From Pasteurella multocida (GTDB taxonomy: Bacteria > Pseudomonadota > Gammaproteobacteria > Enterobacterales > Pasteurellaceae): a DNA stretch of 32,000 nucleotides. A program made the position numbers and the translations under genes. The DNA lies in assembly GCF_900187275.1 (NCBI RefSeq), contig NZ_LT906458.1:570001-602000 (forward strand). Direction: 5' to 3'. Positions 9,590 through 19,312 of the stretch are shown here, in pieces. The notes under the pieces were generated by a model that was given only the letters and a program-made list of their open reading frames with translations, made no database searches and was not told the origin of the DNA. Position 1 is the first letter of the stretch. Each line of letters opens with the position of its first letter.

Positions 9590-10447
9590 TTAATATAATA
9601 GAGAATAGAGTAAACGACGGTATTTATTGCTAACGGGATCATTTTGTCCGATCGCCGTTAACATGGCTAAAAATTGTTGTTTGATTTCTCCGTTCTCCGC
9701 ATTGAGATCGCGCTTTAAAAAGTCAAATAGAAGGCTTAGTGCTTCTTCATTGCGATTGGCTTGGTGTAATTGTAAAGCAAGTTTCAAAGCAATTTGAGGA
9801 GAGGGATTTTTCGCAAACTCACTCTGCAAGTGCTGAATCTCAGGGGTATCTGCCGCTTGAATCAGTAATTCAATTTGGGCTTGTAATCCTTGCCAACGGT
9901 TATCACGATCTTGTAATGGGATTTGATTTAAAATGTCTTGCGCTGGCTCGACTTTCTTCATCGCAATATAGGTTTCAGCATAAAGTAAGGCTATATCACT
10001 GTTTTTTTTCGCTGACAGTTCCCAAGCTTCTTTGAGGAGAGGAAGGGCTTGTTCAAAGTTTTCTGCTTCAAGCCATTCAAGCGCTTGCATAAATTTTATT
10101 TCGTCTTCTTTCGGTAGAATCAGTGCTAAGCGTTGTTGTAAGGCTTGCTCATCTAAAATACCAGGAAAAGCATCTAGCGCTTGTGCTTCTTTAAATAAAT
10201 AGGTAGTTGGTAAGGTTTGAATACGGAATTGTGCCGCAACCATTTGTTCTGTTTCACAATTGACTTTCGCAAGGATAAATTGCCCTTGATATTGTTCCGC
10301 GTAACGTTCTAACAATGCCATAAACGCCACAGAAGGTTGATGACTTGGTGCGTAAAACGTTAAGACCAACGGGATTTGTTGTGATTGTTGTAAAATTTCA
10401 GTGAGGTTTTGTGCATTCACTTCAACGAGATGGGGAGACGTTAACAT
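9590..10447 (-). CDS. cnoX: Thioredoxin-fold/TPR co-chaperone CnoX (YbbN)
   Basis: 285 aa. It has an N-terminal Trx-like domain without a CxxC motif, and a C-terminal TPR-like domain. QAQIELLIQAADTPEIQHLQ and the C-terminal KYRRLLYSLLY match E. coli YbbN (..QIELLKQAADTPEIQQLQ.. KYRRQLYALLY). Confidence 0.88.
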   Translation of the reverse strand: MLTSPHLVEVNAQNLTEILQQSQQIPLVLTFYAPSHQPSVAFMALLERYAEQYQGQFILAKVNCETEQMVAAQFRIQTLPTTYLFKEAQALDAFPGILDEQALQQRLALILPKEDEIKFMQALEWLEAENFEQALPLLKEAWELSAKKNSDIALLYAETYIAMKKVEPAQDILNQIPLQDRDNRWQGLQAQIELLIQAADTPEIQHLQSEFAKNPSPQIALKLALQLHQANRNEEALSLLFDFLKRDLNAENGEIKQQFLAMLTAIGQNDPVSNKYRRLLYSLLY

Positions 10448-10532
10448 TCATCTTTTCCTATCATAAAGCGTTTCATCATGGCTAGCATTCTAGCAAAAAT
10501 TAGTTGAGGAAAATAGCGGTCTTGTTTTGCTT

Positions 10533-10572
10533 AAAAAACAACCCACCCCGTAGGGCACGGCTGTTTCTTTTT
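10533..10572 (-). terminator. Rho-independent terminator after can
   Basis: Minus strand: AACAGCC-GTGCCCTACGG-GGTTGTT-type stem (GC-rich, with one G-U pair), followed by TTTTTTAAG. The plus strand also ends in a T-rich run, so it may act in both directions. Confidence 0.55.
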
Positions 10573-10578
10573 GAGAAA

Positions 10579-11268
10579 TTACGCTTCTTCATCTTGATCT
10601 TTTTTCAAGATCTCATCTTCATTGAGTTTTAAAAGACGGGCAATCGCATTGCGGTAGGAGATTTCAAGGCTTTCTCGACTAGTAGCAATGACACCTTGAT
10701 CGATTAAGAAACCGTCATTGACATCATAAACCCAACCATGTAATGAGAGTTTTTTCCCATTTTTCCACGCGGATTTAATGATTGACGAGCGACCTAAGTT
10801 ATAAACTTGCTCTGCGACGTTAATTTTCGTCAGCATATCAGCCCGTTTTTCAGGCGGTAAATTGCCAAGTAAATGACTATGCTTATACCAAATATCGCGT
10901 AAGTGGAGTAACCAGTTATTAATTAAACCTAAATCTTGATCCGCCATTGCGGCTTTAATTCCACCACAGTTTGTATGTCCACAAATAATAATGTGTTCAA
11001 TATTTAAGACCTCAACGGCATATTGCACAACAGATAAACAGTTTAAATCGGTGTGAATGACTTGATTTGCAACATTACGATGCACAAACAGCTCACCCGG
11101 TCCTAAATTTGTTAATTTTTCTGCAGGAACACGGCTATCCGAGCAACCAATCCAAAGATAGCTCGGGGTTTGATGATCAGCCAATTCTTTAAAGTAAGAG
11201 GAGTTTTCCTCTTTCATCCGTAACGCCCAGCTATAATTATTGGCAAAAAGTTGTTCAATTTTTTTCAT
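10579..11268 (-). CDS. can: Beta-class carbonic anhydrase
   Basis: 229 aa. [39 protein letters not shown] and [11 protein letters not shown] match E. coli Can/YadF almost residue for residue. These include the zinc ligands (Cys, His, Cys) and the Asp-Arg dyad. Confidence 0.93.
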   Translation of the reverse strand: MKKIEQLFANNYSWALRMKEENSSYFKELADHQTPSYLWIGCSDSRVPAEKLTNLGPGELFVHRNVANQVIHTDLNCLSVVQYAVEVLNIEHIIICGHTNCGGIKAAMADQDLGLINNWLLHLRDIWYKHSHLLGNLPPEKRADMLTKINVAEQVYNLGRSSIIKSAWKNGKKLSLHGWVYDVNDGFLIDQGVIATSRESLEISYRNAIARLLKLNEDEILKKDQDEEA

Positions 11269-11404
11269 TAGAGTGATTCCTATACCGCAAAAATAAGGGG
11301 GCTAGTATAGCTTAGAAATAGACAGTGGGTAAAGAAAGGCAAAAAATTGTATAGGATAACTTGTTTTTTATTGCCATTTATTTAGAATTAGAATCTTTAA
11401 TAAT

Positions 11405-11423
11405 AAAAATAATTATCATTAAG
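11405..11423. promoter_or_regulatory. Weak Fur-box-like sequence just upstream of the TonB-dependent receptor
   Basis: AAAAATAATTATCATTAAG matches the 19-bp Fur consensus GATAATGATAATCATTATC at 13 of 19 positions, 10 nt before the start codon. The surrounding region is very AT-rich, so a chance match is plausible. Confidence 0.3.
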
Positions 11424-11433
11424 GTTAATAGTT

Positions 11434-13662
11434 ATGGATAAAAATTTAATGAAGGGATGTGTATTCTTATCAATAGTCGGTTGCGGTATCCAAATAGGGC
11501 TAGCATCAAATCCAAATCCTCCAGATGTGGATGAGTTATTACCTATTATTGTGAATGCTGATGAAGATAATAAATTACCAGGTCGTTCTGTATTAAAACA
11601 GAAAAATATCGATCAACAACAAGCAGATAATGCCGCTGACTTAATAAATATTTTACCTGGGGTAAATATGGCGGGAGGATTTCGCCCTGGTGGTCAAACA
11701 TTAAATATTAATGGAATGGGTGATGCTGAAGATGTTAGAGTTCAACTAGACGGCGCAACAAAAAGTTTCGAAAAATATCAACAAGGCTCTATTTTTATTG
11801 AACCTGAGTTATTAAGAAAGGTGACAGTAGACAAAGGAAATTATTCTCCTCAATATGGCAATGGTGGCTTTGCTGGTACTGTAAAATTTGAAACAAAAGA
11901 TGCAACTGATTTTTTGAAAGAAAATCAGAAAATAGGTGGATTATTTAAATATGGAAATAATAGCAATAATAACCAAAAAACTTATAGTACAGCCCTAGTT
12001 TTACAGAATGAACAAAAAAATATTGATTTGTTATTATTTGGTTCTGTAAGAAATGCAAGCAATTATACAAGACCTGATAAAAGTAAAATTCTTTTTTCAA
12101 AAAACAATCAAAAAAGTGGATTAATAAAAGTAAATTGGCAAATTACTCCTGAACATTTATTAACTTTATCCAGTGTTTATGGCATTCATAAAGGGTGGGA
12201 ACCTTGGGCAGCAAAAAGAGATGTGATGTCGAGACCAACAGAAACAGAAATAAAACACTATGGGATTGATGTTGCGTGGAAACGTAAACTTGTTTATCGA
12301 GATCAAAAAGATGAAAGTTATTCATTGAAATATCGCTATTTACCTGAAAATAATAAGTGGATTAATTTGTCTGTTCAGCTGAGTTATAGTAAAACAGAGC
12401 AGAATGATACTCGCCATGAGAAAGTCACTTCTTCATTCCTAGGTACATTAGGAAATAAAAGTTGGATAACTTATTCAGATCTTACTTTTGATATAAGTAA
12501 CACAAGTACTCTAAATATTGGGCGTGCTGAGCATGAACTACTATTTGGTTTACAGTGGTTAAAAAATAAAAGAAATACCCTTATGTATCATAAAGGGGGA
12601 GTCAAGAAGGCAGACTATAATTATGGCTATTTTCAGCCTTATTATATGCCTTCTGGACGCCAGTATACACAAGCATTTTATTTACAAGATCAAATAAAAT
12701 GGCAGAATTTCCTCTTTACAGGAGGGATAAGATATGACCATATCAATAATATAGGGCAGAAAAATTTAGCGCCACGATATAATGATATCTCTGCAGGACA
12801 TGATTATAGCCAGAAAAATTATAATGGTTGGTCTTATTATTTAGGTCTTAAGTATGATGTAAATCATTATTTAAGTTTATTTACGAATTTTAGTAAAACT
12901 TGGCGAGCCCCTGTTATTGATGAACAGTATGAGACACAATATAGTCAAGCTTCTGTATCTGCGACTTCTTTAAATTTAGAAAAAGAAATGATTAATCAAA
13001 CCAGAGTGGGTGGAATTATTACTCTCAATCATCTATTTCAGGAAAATGATGCTTTTCAATTTAGAACTACTTATTTTTACAATCGCGGCAAGAATGAAAT
13101 CTTCAAAACGAGAGGGGTTAACTGCGTAGAAAATGCTTTAGATGTTGATAATAGTGTTTGTCCTAAAATTATTAGTAATTACCGTAATTTACCTGGTTAT
13201 GTTATTCAAGGAGCGGAATTAGAAGCTTATTATCAATCATCGTATTTATTTGGTGGACTGACATACTCTTATGTAAAAGGAAAACGCGATACTTCACCAA
13301 GAAATCCATGGAGTAAAACATCTACATGGATCGCAGAAACACCACCTAGAAAAGCAACCGCTACTTTAGGTTTTAATATTCCGGAATATTATTTTACGGC
13401 AGGTTGGCGTGCTGAGTTTGTGAGAAAGCAAGATAGATCACCACTATCTAATGATTCTAAAGCATCATATTGGGCATTACCTTCTTCAAAAGGATATAGC
13501 CTACATAGTGTATTCTTCTCTTGGAGTCCTACAAAGATTAAAGGAATGAATTTCAAAGTTACTGTTGATAATTTATTTAACCGACCCTATTATCCTTACT
13601 TAGGAGAATTAGCTTCAGGAACAGGTAGGAATGTCAAATTTAGCCTGACTCAGCAATTTTAA
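11434..13662 (+). CDS. TonB-dependent outer-membrane receptor, substrate unknown (iron or heme type suspected)
   Basis: 742 aa. Signal peptide; TonB-box-like LPIIVNA; plug-domain motifs ADLINILPGVNM and LNINGMGDAEDVRVQLDGA; a barrel with a WRAP...SLNLEKE motif pair; C-terminal aromatic ..SLTQQF. Markedly AT-rich, and about half of its Arg codons are AGA/AGG. Confidence 0.85.
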   Translation: MDKNLMKGCVFLSIVGCGIQIGLASNPNPPDVDELLPIIVNADEDNKLPGRSVLKQKNIDQQQADNAADLINILPGVNMAGGFRPGGQTLNINGMGDAEDVRVQLDGATKSFEKYQQGSIFIEPELLRKVTVDKGNYSPQYGNGGFAGTVKFETKDATDFLKENQKIGGLFKYGNNSNNNQKTYSTALVLQNEQKNIDLLLFGSVRNASNYTRPDKSKILFSKNNQKSGLIKVNWQITPEHLLTLSSVYGIHKGWEPWAAKRDVMSRPTETEIKHYGIDVAWKRKLVYRDQKDESYSLKYRYLPENNKWINLSVQLSYSKTEQNDTRHEKVTSSFLGTLGNKSWITYSDLTFDISNTSTLNIGRAEHELLFGLQWLKNKRNTLMYHKGGVKKADYNYGYFQPYYMPSGRQYTQAFYLQDQIKWQNFLFTGGIRYDHINNIGQKNLAPRYNDISAGHDYSQKNYNGWSYYLGLKYDVNHYLSLFTNFSKTWRAPVIDEQYETQYSQASVSATSLNLEKEMINQTRVGGIITLNHLFQENDAFQFRTTYFYNRGKNEIFKTRGVNCVENALDVDNSVCPKIISNYRNLPGYVIQGAELEAYYQSSYLFGGLTYSYVKGKRDTSPRNPWSKTSTWIAETPPRKATATLGFNIPEYYFTAGWRAEFVRKQDRSPLSNDSKASYWALPSSKGYSLHSVFFSWSPTKIKGMNFKVTVDNLFNRPYYPYLGELASGTGRNVKFSLTQQF

Positions 13663-13702
13663 AATATAGCCCGATTGAATCCAAATCGGGCTATATTTTT
13701 TT
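13661..13702. terminator. Bidirectional rho-independent terminator shared by the receptor gene and trpA
   Basis: AAAATATAGCCCGATT (13661-13676), an 8-nt loop, then AATCGGGCTATATTTTTTT. It is flanked by A-runs and T-runs and fills the whole 38-bp gap between two convergent stop codons. Confidence 0.85.
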
Positions 13703-14507
13703 ATGTGGTCGCTTGTTTCATTTTTTGCGTAAACTGCGCTAGTTCAGCTAAGCAGGCTTGTGGGTCATGGCGATATTTTTCAATAATTTGAACGGTAGCA
13801 GAACCCGAAATGGCACCATTGACGCCCATTTTTAACACATCGCTAACTTGCTGTGGTTGCGAAATACCAAAGCCTTGCAAAATAGGGGGAGCTTGATAGG
13901 CTTTGAGGCGCTCGACGAGTGTTTTTAAGTTGCCAGCAGATTGTTGATTTTCTACTCCTGTTACACCTGAACGAGAAACTAAATAGGTGTAACCTTGTGT
14001 TTGTTGAGCGACACGTTTGATCGTGTCTTCACAGGCATTAGGCGGACAGATAAAAACCTGCTGAATGCTATATTTTTCAGCCATAACCGTAAACTCTCGA
14101 TGGGCGAATAATGGTAAATCCGCAATTAATACCGCATCCACGCCCACTTCAGCACAACGTTGATAAAAACGTTCAATGCCTTGTGCATAAACCAGATTGG
14201 CACAAAGCAGTAAACTTATTGGTAGTGTCGGATAAGTTGATCGTACTTGTGTTAATAACTGAAAACTGGCATCTGTGCTACAACCTGCGGCTAACGCACG
14301 TTGGTTAGCGGCTTGAATCACTGGACCATCTAACATCGGATCAGAAAAAGGAAAGCCTAATTCTAAGGCGTCTGCACCATTTTCCACTAAGGTTTGAATA
14401 ATCTCAAATGACTGTGCCAGATTAGGATCGCATAGCGTGACAAAAGGGACAAATGCACCTTGTTGTTTTTGTTGTAATTGTGAAAAGAGGGTATCAAAAC
14501 GGCGCAT
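13701..14507 (-). CDS. trpA: Tryptophan synthase alpha subunit
   Basis: 268 aa, the same length as E. coli Trp[50 protein letters not shown] and GAISGSA are conserved. Confidence 0.95.
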   Translation of the reverse strand: MRRFDTLFSQLQQKQQGAFVPFVTLCDPNLAQSFEIIQTLVENGADALELGFPFSDPMLDGPVIQAANQRALAAGCSTDASFQLLTQVRSTYPTLPISLLLCANLVYAQGIERFYQRCAEVGVDAVLIADLPLFAHREFTVMAEKYSIQQVFICPPNACEDTIKRVAQQTQGYTYLVSRSGVTGVENQQSAGNLKTLVERLKAYQAPPILQGFGISQPQQVSDVLKMGVNGAISGSATVQIIEKYRHDPQACLAELAQFTQKMKQATT

Positions 14508-15702
14508 GTGAAACTCCTTTTTGCGATAAAATGCGATCTACGGTGAAAATATCTTTATCACCTCGTCCAGATAAATTGACCACCAAGAGTTGTTCTTTTT
14601 CAGGCTGGCGCTGAATCAGTTTTAAGGCATAAGCGAGGGCATGAGCACTTTCTAATGCGGGAATAATGCCTTCATGGCGTGCTAAGGCTTGGAAGGCGGA
14701 TAAGGCTTCATCATCGGTAATGGATTCATATTGGGCACGCCCAATCGCTTGTAAATGTGCGTGCTGTGGACCAACGGAAGGAAAATCAAGTCCTGCTGAA
14801 ATCGAATACGATTCTTCAATTTGTCCATCTGGTGTTTGCATTAATGGCGCTTTCATACCAAAGTAGATTCCTGTTGTGCCATGACCTAGCGGAGCGCCAT
14901 GTTGTCCAGTGGCAATTCCTTTGCCCGCTGGTTCAACACCAATTAAACGTACGCTGGTTTCCTCGATAAAGTCATTGAACATACCAATGGCATTTGAACC
15001 CCCACCAACCGCAGCAATGATTGCATCAGGTAAACGCCCTTCGCGTGCTAGAATTTGTTGCTTGGTTTCTTCACCAATGATTTTTTGGAACTCACGCACG
15101 ATAGTAGGAAAGGGATGAGGACCTGCTGCCGTGCCGAGTAAATAATGGGTGTGTTCATAGTTTTCTGCCCAATCACGCATGGCTTCACAGCAGGCGTCTT
15201 TTAATGAGGCTGAGCCTTTCGTTACCGCAGTCACATTCGCCCCCATTAAACGCATACGAAATACATTCGGCGATTGACGTTCAACATCTTTTGCGCCCAT
15301 GTAGATTTGGCATGGCATGCCGAGCATGGCACAAGCGAGAGCTGTTGCTACGCCATGTTGTCCCGCCCCCGTTTCCGCAATAATACGGGTTTTCCCCATC
15401 CGTTTCGCTAATAAGATTTGCCCTAATACTTGATTGGTTTTATGTGCACCGCCATGCAATAAATCTTCACGCTTCAGGTACAGTTTGGTTTTACTGCCTT
15501 GAGTGAGATTGCGACAGCGAGTCAGCGCAGTTGGGCGACCTGCATAGTTCTTCAATAAATCGAGGAAGGTTTCTTTAAATGTGGGATCTCGTTGTGCCTC
15601 AACAAAGGCTTTTTCGAGATTTTTCAACACCGGCATCAGAATTTCGGGAACATACATTCCTCCAAATTCGCCGAAATAGGGATTAAGTAAGGTTTCTGAC
15701 AT
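14494..15702 (-). CDS. trpB: Tryptophan synthase beta subunit
   Basis: The ORF track starts at TTG 15720. The true start is ATG 15702 ([24 protein letters not shown] versus E. coli [23 protein letters not shown]), with AAGGAA 5 nt upstream. PLP-lysine motif [10 protein letters not shown] and GGGSNAIG are present. The 3' end overlaps the trpA start by 14 nt. Confidence 0.95.
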   Translation of the reverse strand: MSETLLNPYFGEFGGMYVPEILMPVLKNLEKAFVEAQRDPTFKETFLDLLKNYAGRPTALTRCRNLTQGSKTKLYLKREDLLHGGAHKTNQVLGQILLAKRMGKTRIIAETGAGQHGVATALACAMLGMPCQIYMGAKDVERQSPNVFRMRLMGANVTAVTKGSASLKDACCEAMRDWAENYEHTHYLLGTAAGPHPFPTIVREFQKIIGEETKQQILAREGRLPDAIIAAVGGGSNAIGMFNDFIEETSVRLIGVEPAGKGIATGQHGAPLGHGTTGIYFGMKAPLMQTPDGQIEESYSISAGLDFPSVGPQHAHLQAIGRAQYESITDDEALSAFQALARHEGIIPALESAHALAYALKLIQRQPEKEQLLVVNLSGRGDKDIFTVDRILSQKGVSHAPF

Positions 15703-15776
15703 GGTTATTCCTTTAAACAATATAATGATAAATCGTTGTGATGGATAAAATTGAAACTATTTCACTTTTAAATATT

Positions 15777-15810
15777 GCACTATTAAACTAGTTCAGAATA
15801 CAAAAAGCAA
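15777..15810 (-). promoter_or_regulatory. trpBA promoter with overlapping TrpR-type operator
   Basis: Minus strand: TTGCTT (15805-15810), a 17-nt spacer, then TTTAAT (15782-15787). The operator GAACTAGTTTAATAGTGC (15777-15794) has the CTAG-N4-(A)TAG geometry of the E. coli trp operator GTACTAGTTAACTAGTAC. Confidence 0.65.
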
Positions 15811-15840
15811 GTGTTTTATGAAAAATAACGAAAACGTGGT

Positions 15841-15878
15841 GAAAAAAGAGAAAAAAGGTGCCAATGACTTCGCACCTT
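15841..15878 (-). terminator. Rho-independent terminator after ydfG, ending the trpDC-ydfG unit
   Basis: Minus strand: AAGGTGC-gaagtcattg-GCACCTT (15855-15878), followed by TTTTTCTCTTTTTTC (15841-15854). Confidence 0.75.
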
Positions 15879-15903
15879 AGCATGATGAAAGGAATTGCAG
15901 GAA

Positions 15904-16662
15904 TTATTTCGTTTGTTTGACGACATTGAGTGGCGCGCTACTTTGCGCTGTTGGCATCACTTCAATGCGGTTAATGTTGACGTGTTCAGGCTGTTGATTT
16001 GCCCACAAGACAATATTGGCAATATCTTCAGGAGTAACAAACTGCACATCTTCATATAATTTTGCGGCGCGTTGATCATCGCCTTTGAATCGCACATTGG
16101 AAAACTCCGTCCCTCCGCATAATCCCGGTTCAATATTGGTCACACGAATGGCGGTGCCTGCGAGATCGGCACGTAAGTTTAAGCTAAATTGTTTGATAAA
16201 GGCTTTGCTTGCGCCATAAACATTGCCACCCGGATATGGGTAAGTCCCTGCAATCGATCCTAAATTAATAATATGTCCTTGATTGCGACTGACCATTTGC
16301 GGTAGCAGTAGGCGAGTGACGGTGACTAATCCTGTGATGTTGGTGTTGATCATTTGTATCCAGTCATCTAATTCAGCTTTATCAGCACGATCAAGCCCTA
16401 ATGCTAACCCCGCATTATTGACTAAAAGATCTACTGCTTGCCAGGTTTGAGGCAGGTTGTTAATCGCTTTTTCTGTGGCGTGGCGATCGCAGAGATCAAA
16501 GGCAAGTGGCAAAAAATCGGCACCAAATTCTTGCTGTAATGCGGCTAAACGTTCAGCACGTCGCCCTGTGCCAATCACGTTGTAATTATGCTGAATTAAT
16601 GTACGACAAATCGCGGTGCCAAATCCGGCAGTGGCACCGGTCACTAATGCAATTTTTTTCAT
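15904..16662 (-). CDS. ydfG: NADP-dependent 3-hydroxy acid / L-serine dehydrogenase (short-chain dehydrogenase/reductase family, SDR), YdfG-like
   Basis: 252 aa. VTGATAGFG (NADP site), LVNNAGLALG, HIINLGSIAG, YGASKAF (YxxxK) and TEFSNVRFKGDD are colinear with E. coli YdfG (248 aa). SD GAGG lies 5 nt upstream. The gap from the trpC stop is only 35 bp. Confidence 0.85.
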   Translation of the reverse strand: MKKIALVTGATAGFGTAICRTLIQHNYNVIGTGRRAERLAALQQEFGADFLPLAFDLCDRHATEKAINNLPQTWQAVDLLVNNAGLALGLDRADKAELDDWIQMINTNITGLVTVTRLLLPQMVSRNQGHIINLGSIAGTYPYPGGNVYGASKAFIKQFSLNLRADLAGTAIRVTNIEPGLCGGTEFSNVRFKGDDQRAAKLYEDVQFVTPEDIANIVLWANQQPEHVNINRIEVMPTAQSSAPLNVVKQTK

Positions 16663-16697
16663 TTTTACCTCAGGTATAAGTTATCACGCTGTTTAAC

Positions 16698-18107
16698 TTA
16701 GCGGAGTTGAGCAAAAGCTGCAACGACTTTTTGGTGTGATTTTACACCAGGATAAGTTTCAAGCCCTGAATTTAAATCCAGTCCTAAACAGCCTTGAGCG
16801 AGCGCCAGAGGGATATTTTCTGGTGTAATACCACCAGCTAACATACTTTTTGGTTTTAAGTGATGAGGGATCAATTGCCAATCAAATGTTTTCCCCGTTC
16901 CGCCACGTTGTTGATGCGTTTTACTGTCAAAAATATAACGATCAATATTTTCATTTTCTACGATTTGACACGGACTGGTGCCGCTACTCTCAATGCAAAT
17001 GGCGCGCCAAATTTCACAATTCACTGGCAATTCATCGCGTAATTGGCGAATGAATTCGTGGCTTTCGTTGCCATGTAATTGGACGGCGTGGAGTCTTAAT
17101 TGAGTTGCAAGGTGACAGATAAACGCTATGGATTGATCTTGAAATACCCCAACAAAGCGCAATGGGGCTTGTGTGACTAATTCTTGGGCTTGACGTAAGC
17201 TAATACAACGTTTTGAGTGTGTCACAAAAATCAGTCCACCGTAAAGTGCACCTTGCTGGTAAACCGCTCTTACATCTTGTGGACGGGTGAGCCCACAAAC
17301 TTTATGTTCCCCAAAAAGAAGTGAGCGTACCGCATGATTTAAATCTGCGTGTTGCATTAAACTACTGCCAATTAAAAAACCGTCGGCAACATGGCGTAAG
17401 TCTCGAATTTGTTGGTGTTGATAGATACCAGATTCACTGATAATTTTGGTTCTAGGAGGAATCTGATCGGCATAGTGTTGAGTGATCTGGGCAACACGTT
17501 GTATGTCTACACTGAGATCATGTAAATTCCGATTATTGACACCAATCACTTTCGCTTTTAACGCTAATGCGCGCGCAAATTCTGCCTCATTACTGGTTTC
17601 AGTTAAAACGCCCATCCCTAATTGGTGTGCTAATGTGGCTAATTGTGTATAGCGTTCATCATTAAGAACGGAAAGCATCAATAAAATGGCATCAGCTTGT
17701 GCGTATCGTGCTAAATATACTTGGTATTCGGATAAGATAAAATCTTTACATAAAATCGGTTGTGTCACGCGTTGGCGTACTTGAGCAATATCAGCAAAAT
17801 GCCCTTGAAAATATTTTTCATCGGTTAAGACGGAAATGACCGTAGCATAGTGTTGATAAACCTCGGCAATCTCGGTTAAATCGAACGCTGCACGAATTAA
17901 GCCTTTTGAGGGAGAGGCTTTTTTACATTCTAAGATATATGAAGGGCGTTGTTTTGAGCCTTGTTGCATCGCTTGATAAAAGTCACGATCACTACGTTCT
18001 AGCTGATCTTGAAAGCTTGCTAAAGGCAATTGTGCTTGTTTTTCTGCAATCCAAGTGGTTTTATCTTGAATGATTTTTTGCAGAATAGAGGGAAGCGCTT
18101 GTGTCAT
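16698..18107 (-). CDS. trpC: Bifunctional indole-3-glycerol-phosphate synthase / phosphoribosylanthranilate isomerase
   Basis: 469 aa. [52 protein letters not shown] and KVCGLTR are colinear with the fused E. coli TrpC(F). Confidence 0.94.
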   Translation of the reverse strand: MTQALPSILQKIIQDKTTWIAEKQAQLPLASFQDQLERSDRDFYQAMQQGSKQRPSYILECKKASPSKGLIRAAFDLTEIAEVYQHYATVISVLTDEKYFQGHFADIAQVRQRVTQPILCKDFILSEYQVYLARYAQADAILLMLSVLNDERYTQLATLAHQLGMGVLTETSNEAEFARALALKAKVIGVNNRNLHDLSVDIQRVAQITQHYADQIPPRTKIISESGIYQHQQIRDLRHVADGFLIGSSLMQHADLNHAVRSLLFGEHKVCGLTRPQDVRAVYQQGALYGGLIFVTHSKRCISLRQAQELVTQAPLRFVGVFQDQSIAFICHLATQLRLHAVQLHGNESHEFIRQLRDELPVNCEIWRAICIESSGTSPCQIVENENIDRYIFDSKTHQQRGGTGKTFDWQLIPHHLKPKSMLAGGITPENIPLALAQGCLGLDLNSGLETYPGVKSHQKVVAAFAQLR

Positions 18108-18143
18108 TGTTAGGTTCTCTTAATAATAAGTCATCAAAACGAA

Positions 18144-19145
18144 TTAATATTGGGTAAGTTGTTGTAAAGTCTCAAATGGTTTGCCTGTGGCGATAATATC
18201 CATAATCGCTTGTGCATTTTGTTTGAGGTTTGGATAGCCAAATAAGCTCATCAACATGGCACTATTCATTGCCACTGCTTGTTGGTGTGCCAATTTACCT
18301 TTGCCTTGTAAAAGTGCGGTCAGAATTTGGGCATTTTCGCTAGGCTTTCCGCCACGTAATGTCTCAAGTGGCTGTGGCTGAAAACCAAAATCTTGTGGGG
18401 TAAGTGTATAACGTTCAATTTGTCCTGCTTTGATTTCAGCGACTTCGGTCACACCATGTAGTGCAATTTCATCTAAGCCTGAGCCATGTACCACTACGCT
18501 ATGCTCATGTCCCAAACGGGCAACCGTTTCTGCATAAGGTTGAATTAAATCAGATGAATACACACCAAGTAACTGCCGTTTGGGTTTGGCTGGATTGATC
18601 AAGGGACCTAAGATATTAAAAATAGTGCGTGTTTTAAGTGCTTGGCGGACAGGAATCGCATGTTGAAACCCCAGATGATATTGTGGGGCAAAAAGAAAAC
18701 ATAAGCCAATTTCATCCAACGCTTGTCTGGCTTTGTGAGCTGATATATGGACATTCACCCCTAAGGCAGTTAACAGATCACTGGCGCCCGTTTGACTCGA
18801 AACACTACGATTACCATGTTTTGCGACTTTTAGTCCATAACTGGCCGCTACAATTGCTGAAGCTGTAGAAATATTAATGGTATTGGCGCCATCTCCTCCC
18901 GTGCCGACAATATCAGCAAAAGGGTAGTCTGGAATGGGAAAGGATTCGGCATCAGCTTGTAATGCGGTGACGGCACCACTGATTTCTTCAGGGGTTTCAC
19001 CGCGCAGTTTAAGGGCAATTAATGCAGCACTGAGTTGTGAGTTATCCAATTGTCCACGTACGATAGCGGTGAAAAGAAATTCGGTTTGTTGTTGGTTTAA
19101 CGCTTTTTTTTCAAAGAGTTGGTGAAGTAACTGCTCGGTTTGCAT
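18144..19145 (-). CDS. trpD: Anthranilate phosphoribosyltransferase
   Basis: ORF track 18144..19319 carries a spurious 58-codon extension that covers the promoter and operator. The orthologue-consistent start is ATG 19145 ([11 protein letters not shown]..), with AAGGA 6 nt upstream. That gives 333 aa. Motifs [17 protein letters not shown] and KHGNRSVSS are present. Confidence 0.93.
   Translation of the reverse strand: MQTEQLLHQLFEKKALNQQQTEFLFTAIVRGQLDNSQLSAALIALKLRGETPEEISGAVTALQADAESFPIPDYPFADIVGTGGDGANTINISTASAIVAASYGLKVAKHGNRSVSSQTGASDLLTALGVNVHISAHKARQALDEIGLCFLFAPQYHLGFQHAIPVRQALKTRTIFNILGPLINPAKPKRQLLGVYSSDLIQPYAETVARLGHEHSVVVHGSGLDEIALHGVTEVAEIKAGQIERYTLTPQDFGFQPQPLETLRGGKPSENAQILTALLQGKGKLAHQQAVAMNSAMLMSLFGYPNLKQNAQAIMDIIATGKPFETLQQLTQY
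18312..18320 (+). repeat. Hin-type DNA uptake signal sequence core (AAGTGCGGT)
   Basis: Exact 9-mer, inside trpD. Confidence 0.8.
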
Positions 19146-19183
19146 GTTTTTTCCTTTTAAATCTATTTTTATTTTGTAATTTA

Positions 19184-19217
19184 AAACTATTAAACTAGTA
19201 CAAAATGATAATGTCAA
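19184..19217 (-). promoter_or_regulatory. trpDC-ydfG promoter with overlapping TrpR-type operator
   Basis: Minus strand: TTGACA (19212-19217), a 17-nt spacer, then TTTAAT (19189-19194). The operator is GTACTAGTTTAATAGTTT (19184-19201). The 28 nt at 19172-19199 match 26 of 28 positions of the trpE promoter segment 22381-22408. Confidence 0.7.
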
Positions 19218-19312
19218 GGGGGAAATTTTGCATCCAATAGAAAAATACGGTATATCTTGATCAAAATAGTATAAAAACAACGCAGACAAGGATGATTGCA
19301 GGAGGAAAACAA

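Noticed and set aside
11434-11484. A possible lipobox (IVGC) in the receptor signal peptide, suggesting a lipidated TonB-dependent receptor.
   Set aside because: The same region also fits an ordinary signal peptidase I site (GLA|S). TonB-dependent receptors are normally not lipoproteins, and one tetrapeptide is not enough evidence.
12014-12020. An A7 homopolymer and nearby A6 runs inside the receptor gene, as possible phase-variation tracts.
   Set aside because: They are too short for efficient slippage and are expected in a ~31 % GC gene. No tetranucleotide (CCAA-type) or long homopolymer repeats are present.
12898-12990. A WRAP ... SLNLEKE motif pair resembling the FRAP/NPNL boxes of heme receptors, which might allow the receptor to be called a heme or hemoglobin receptor.
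   Set aside because: The conserved His between the two boxes that marks heme receptors is absent (VIDEQYETQYSQASVSAT). Similar motifs occur in many TonB-dependent receptors, so the substrate call is left open.
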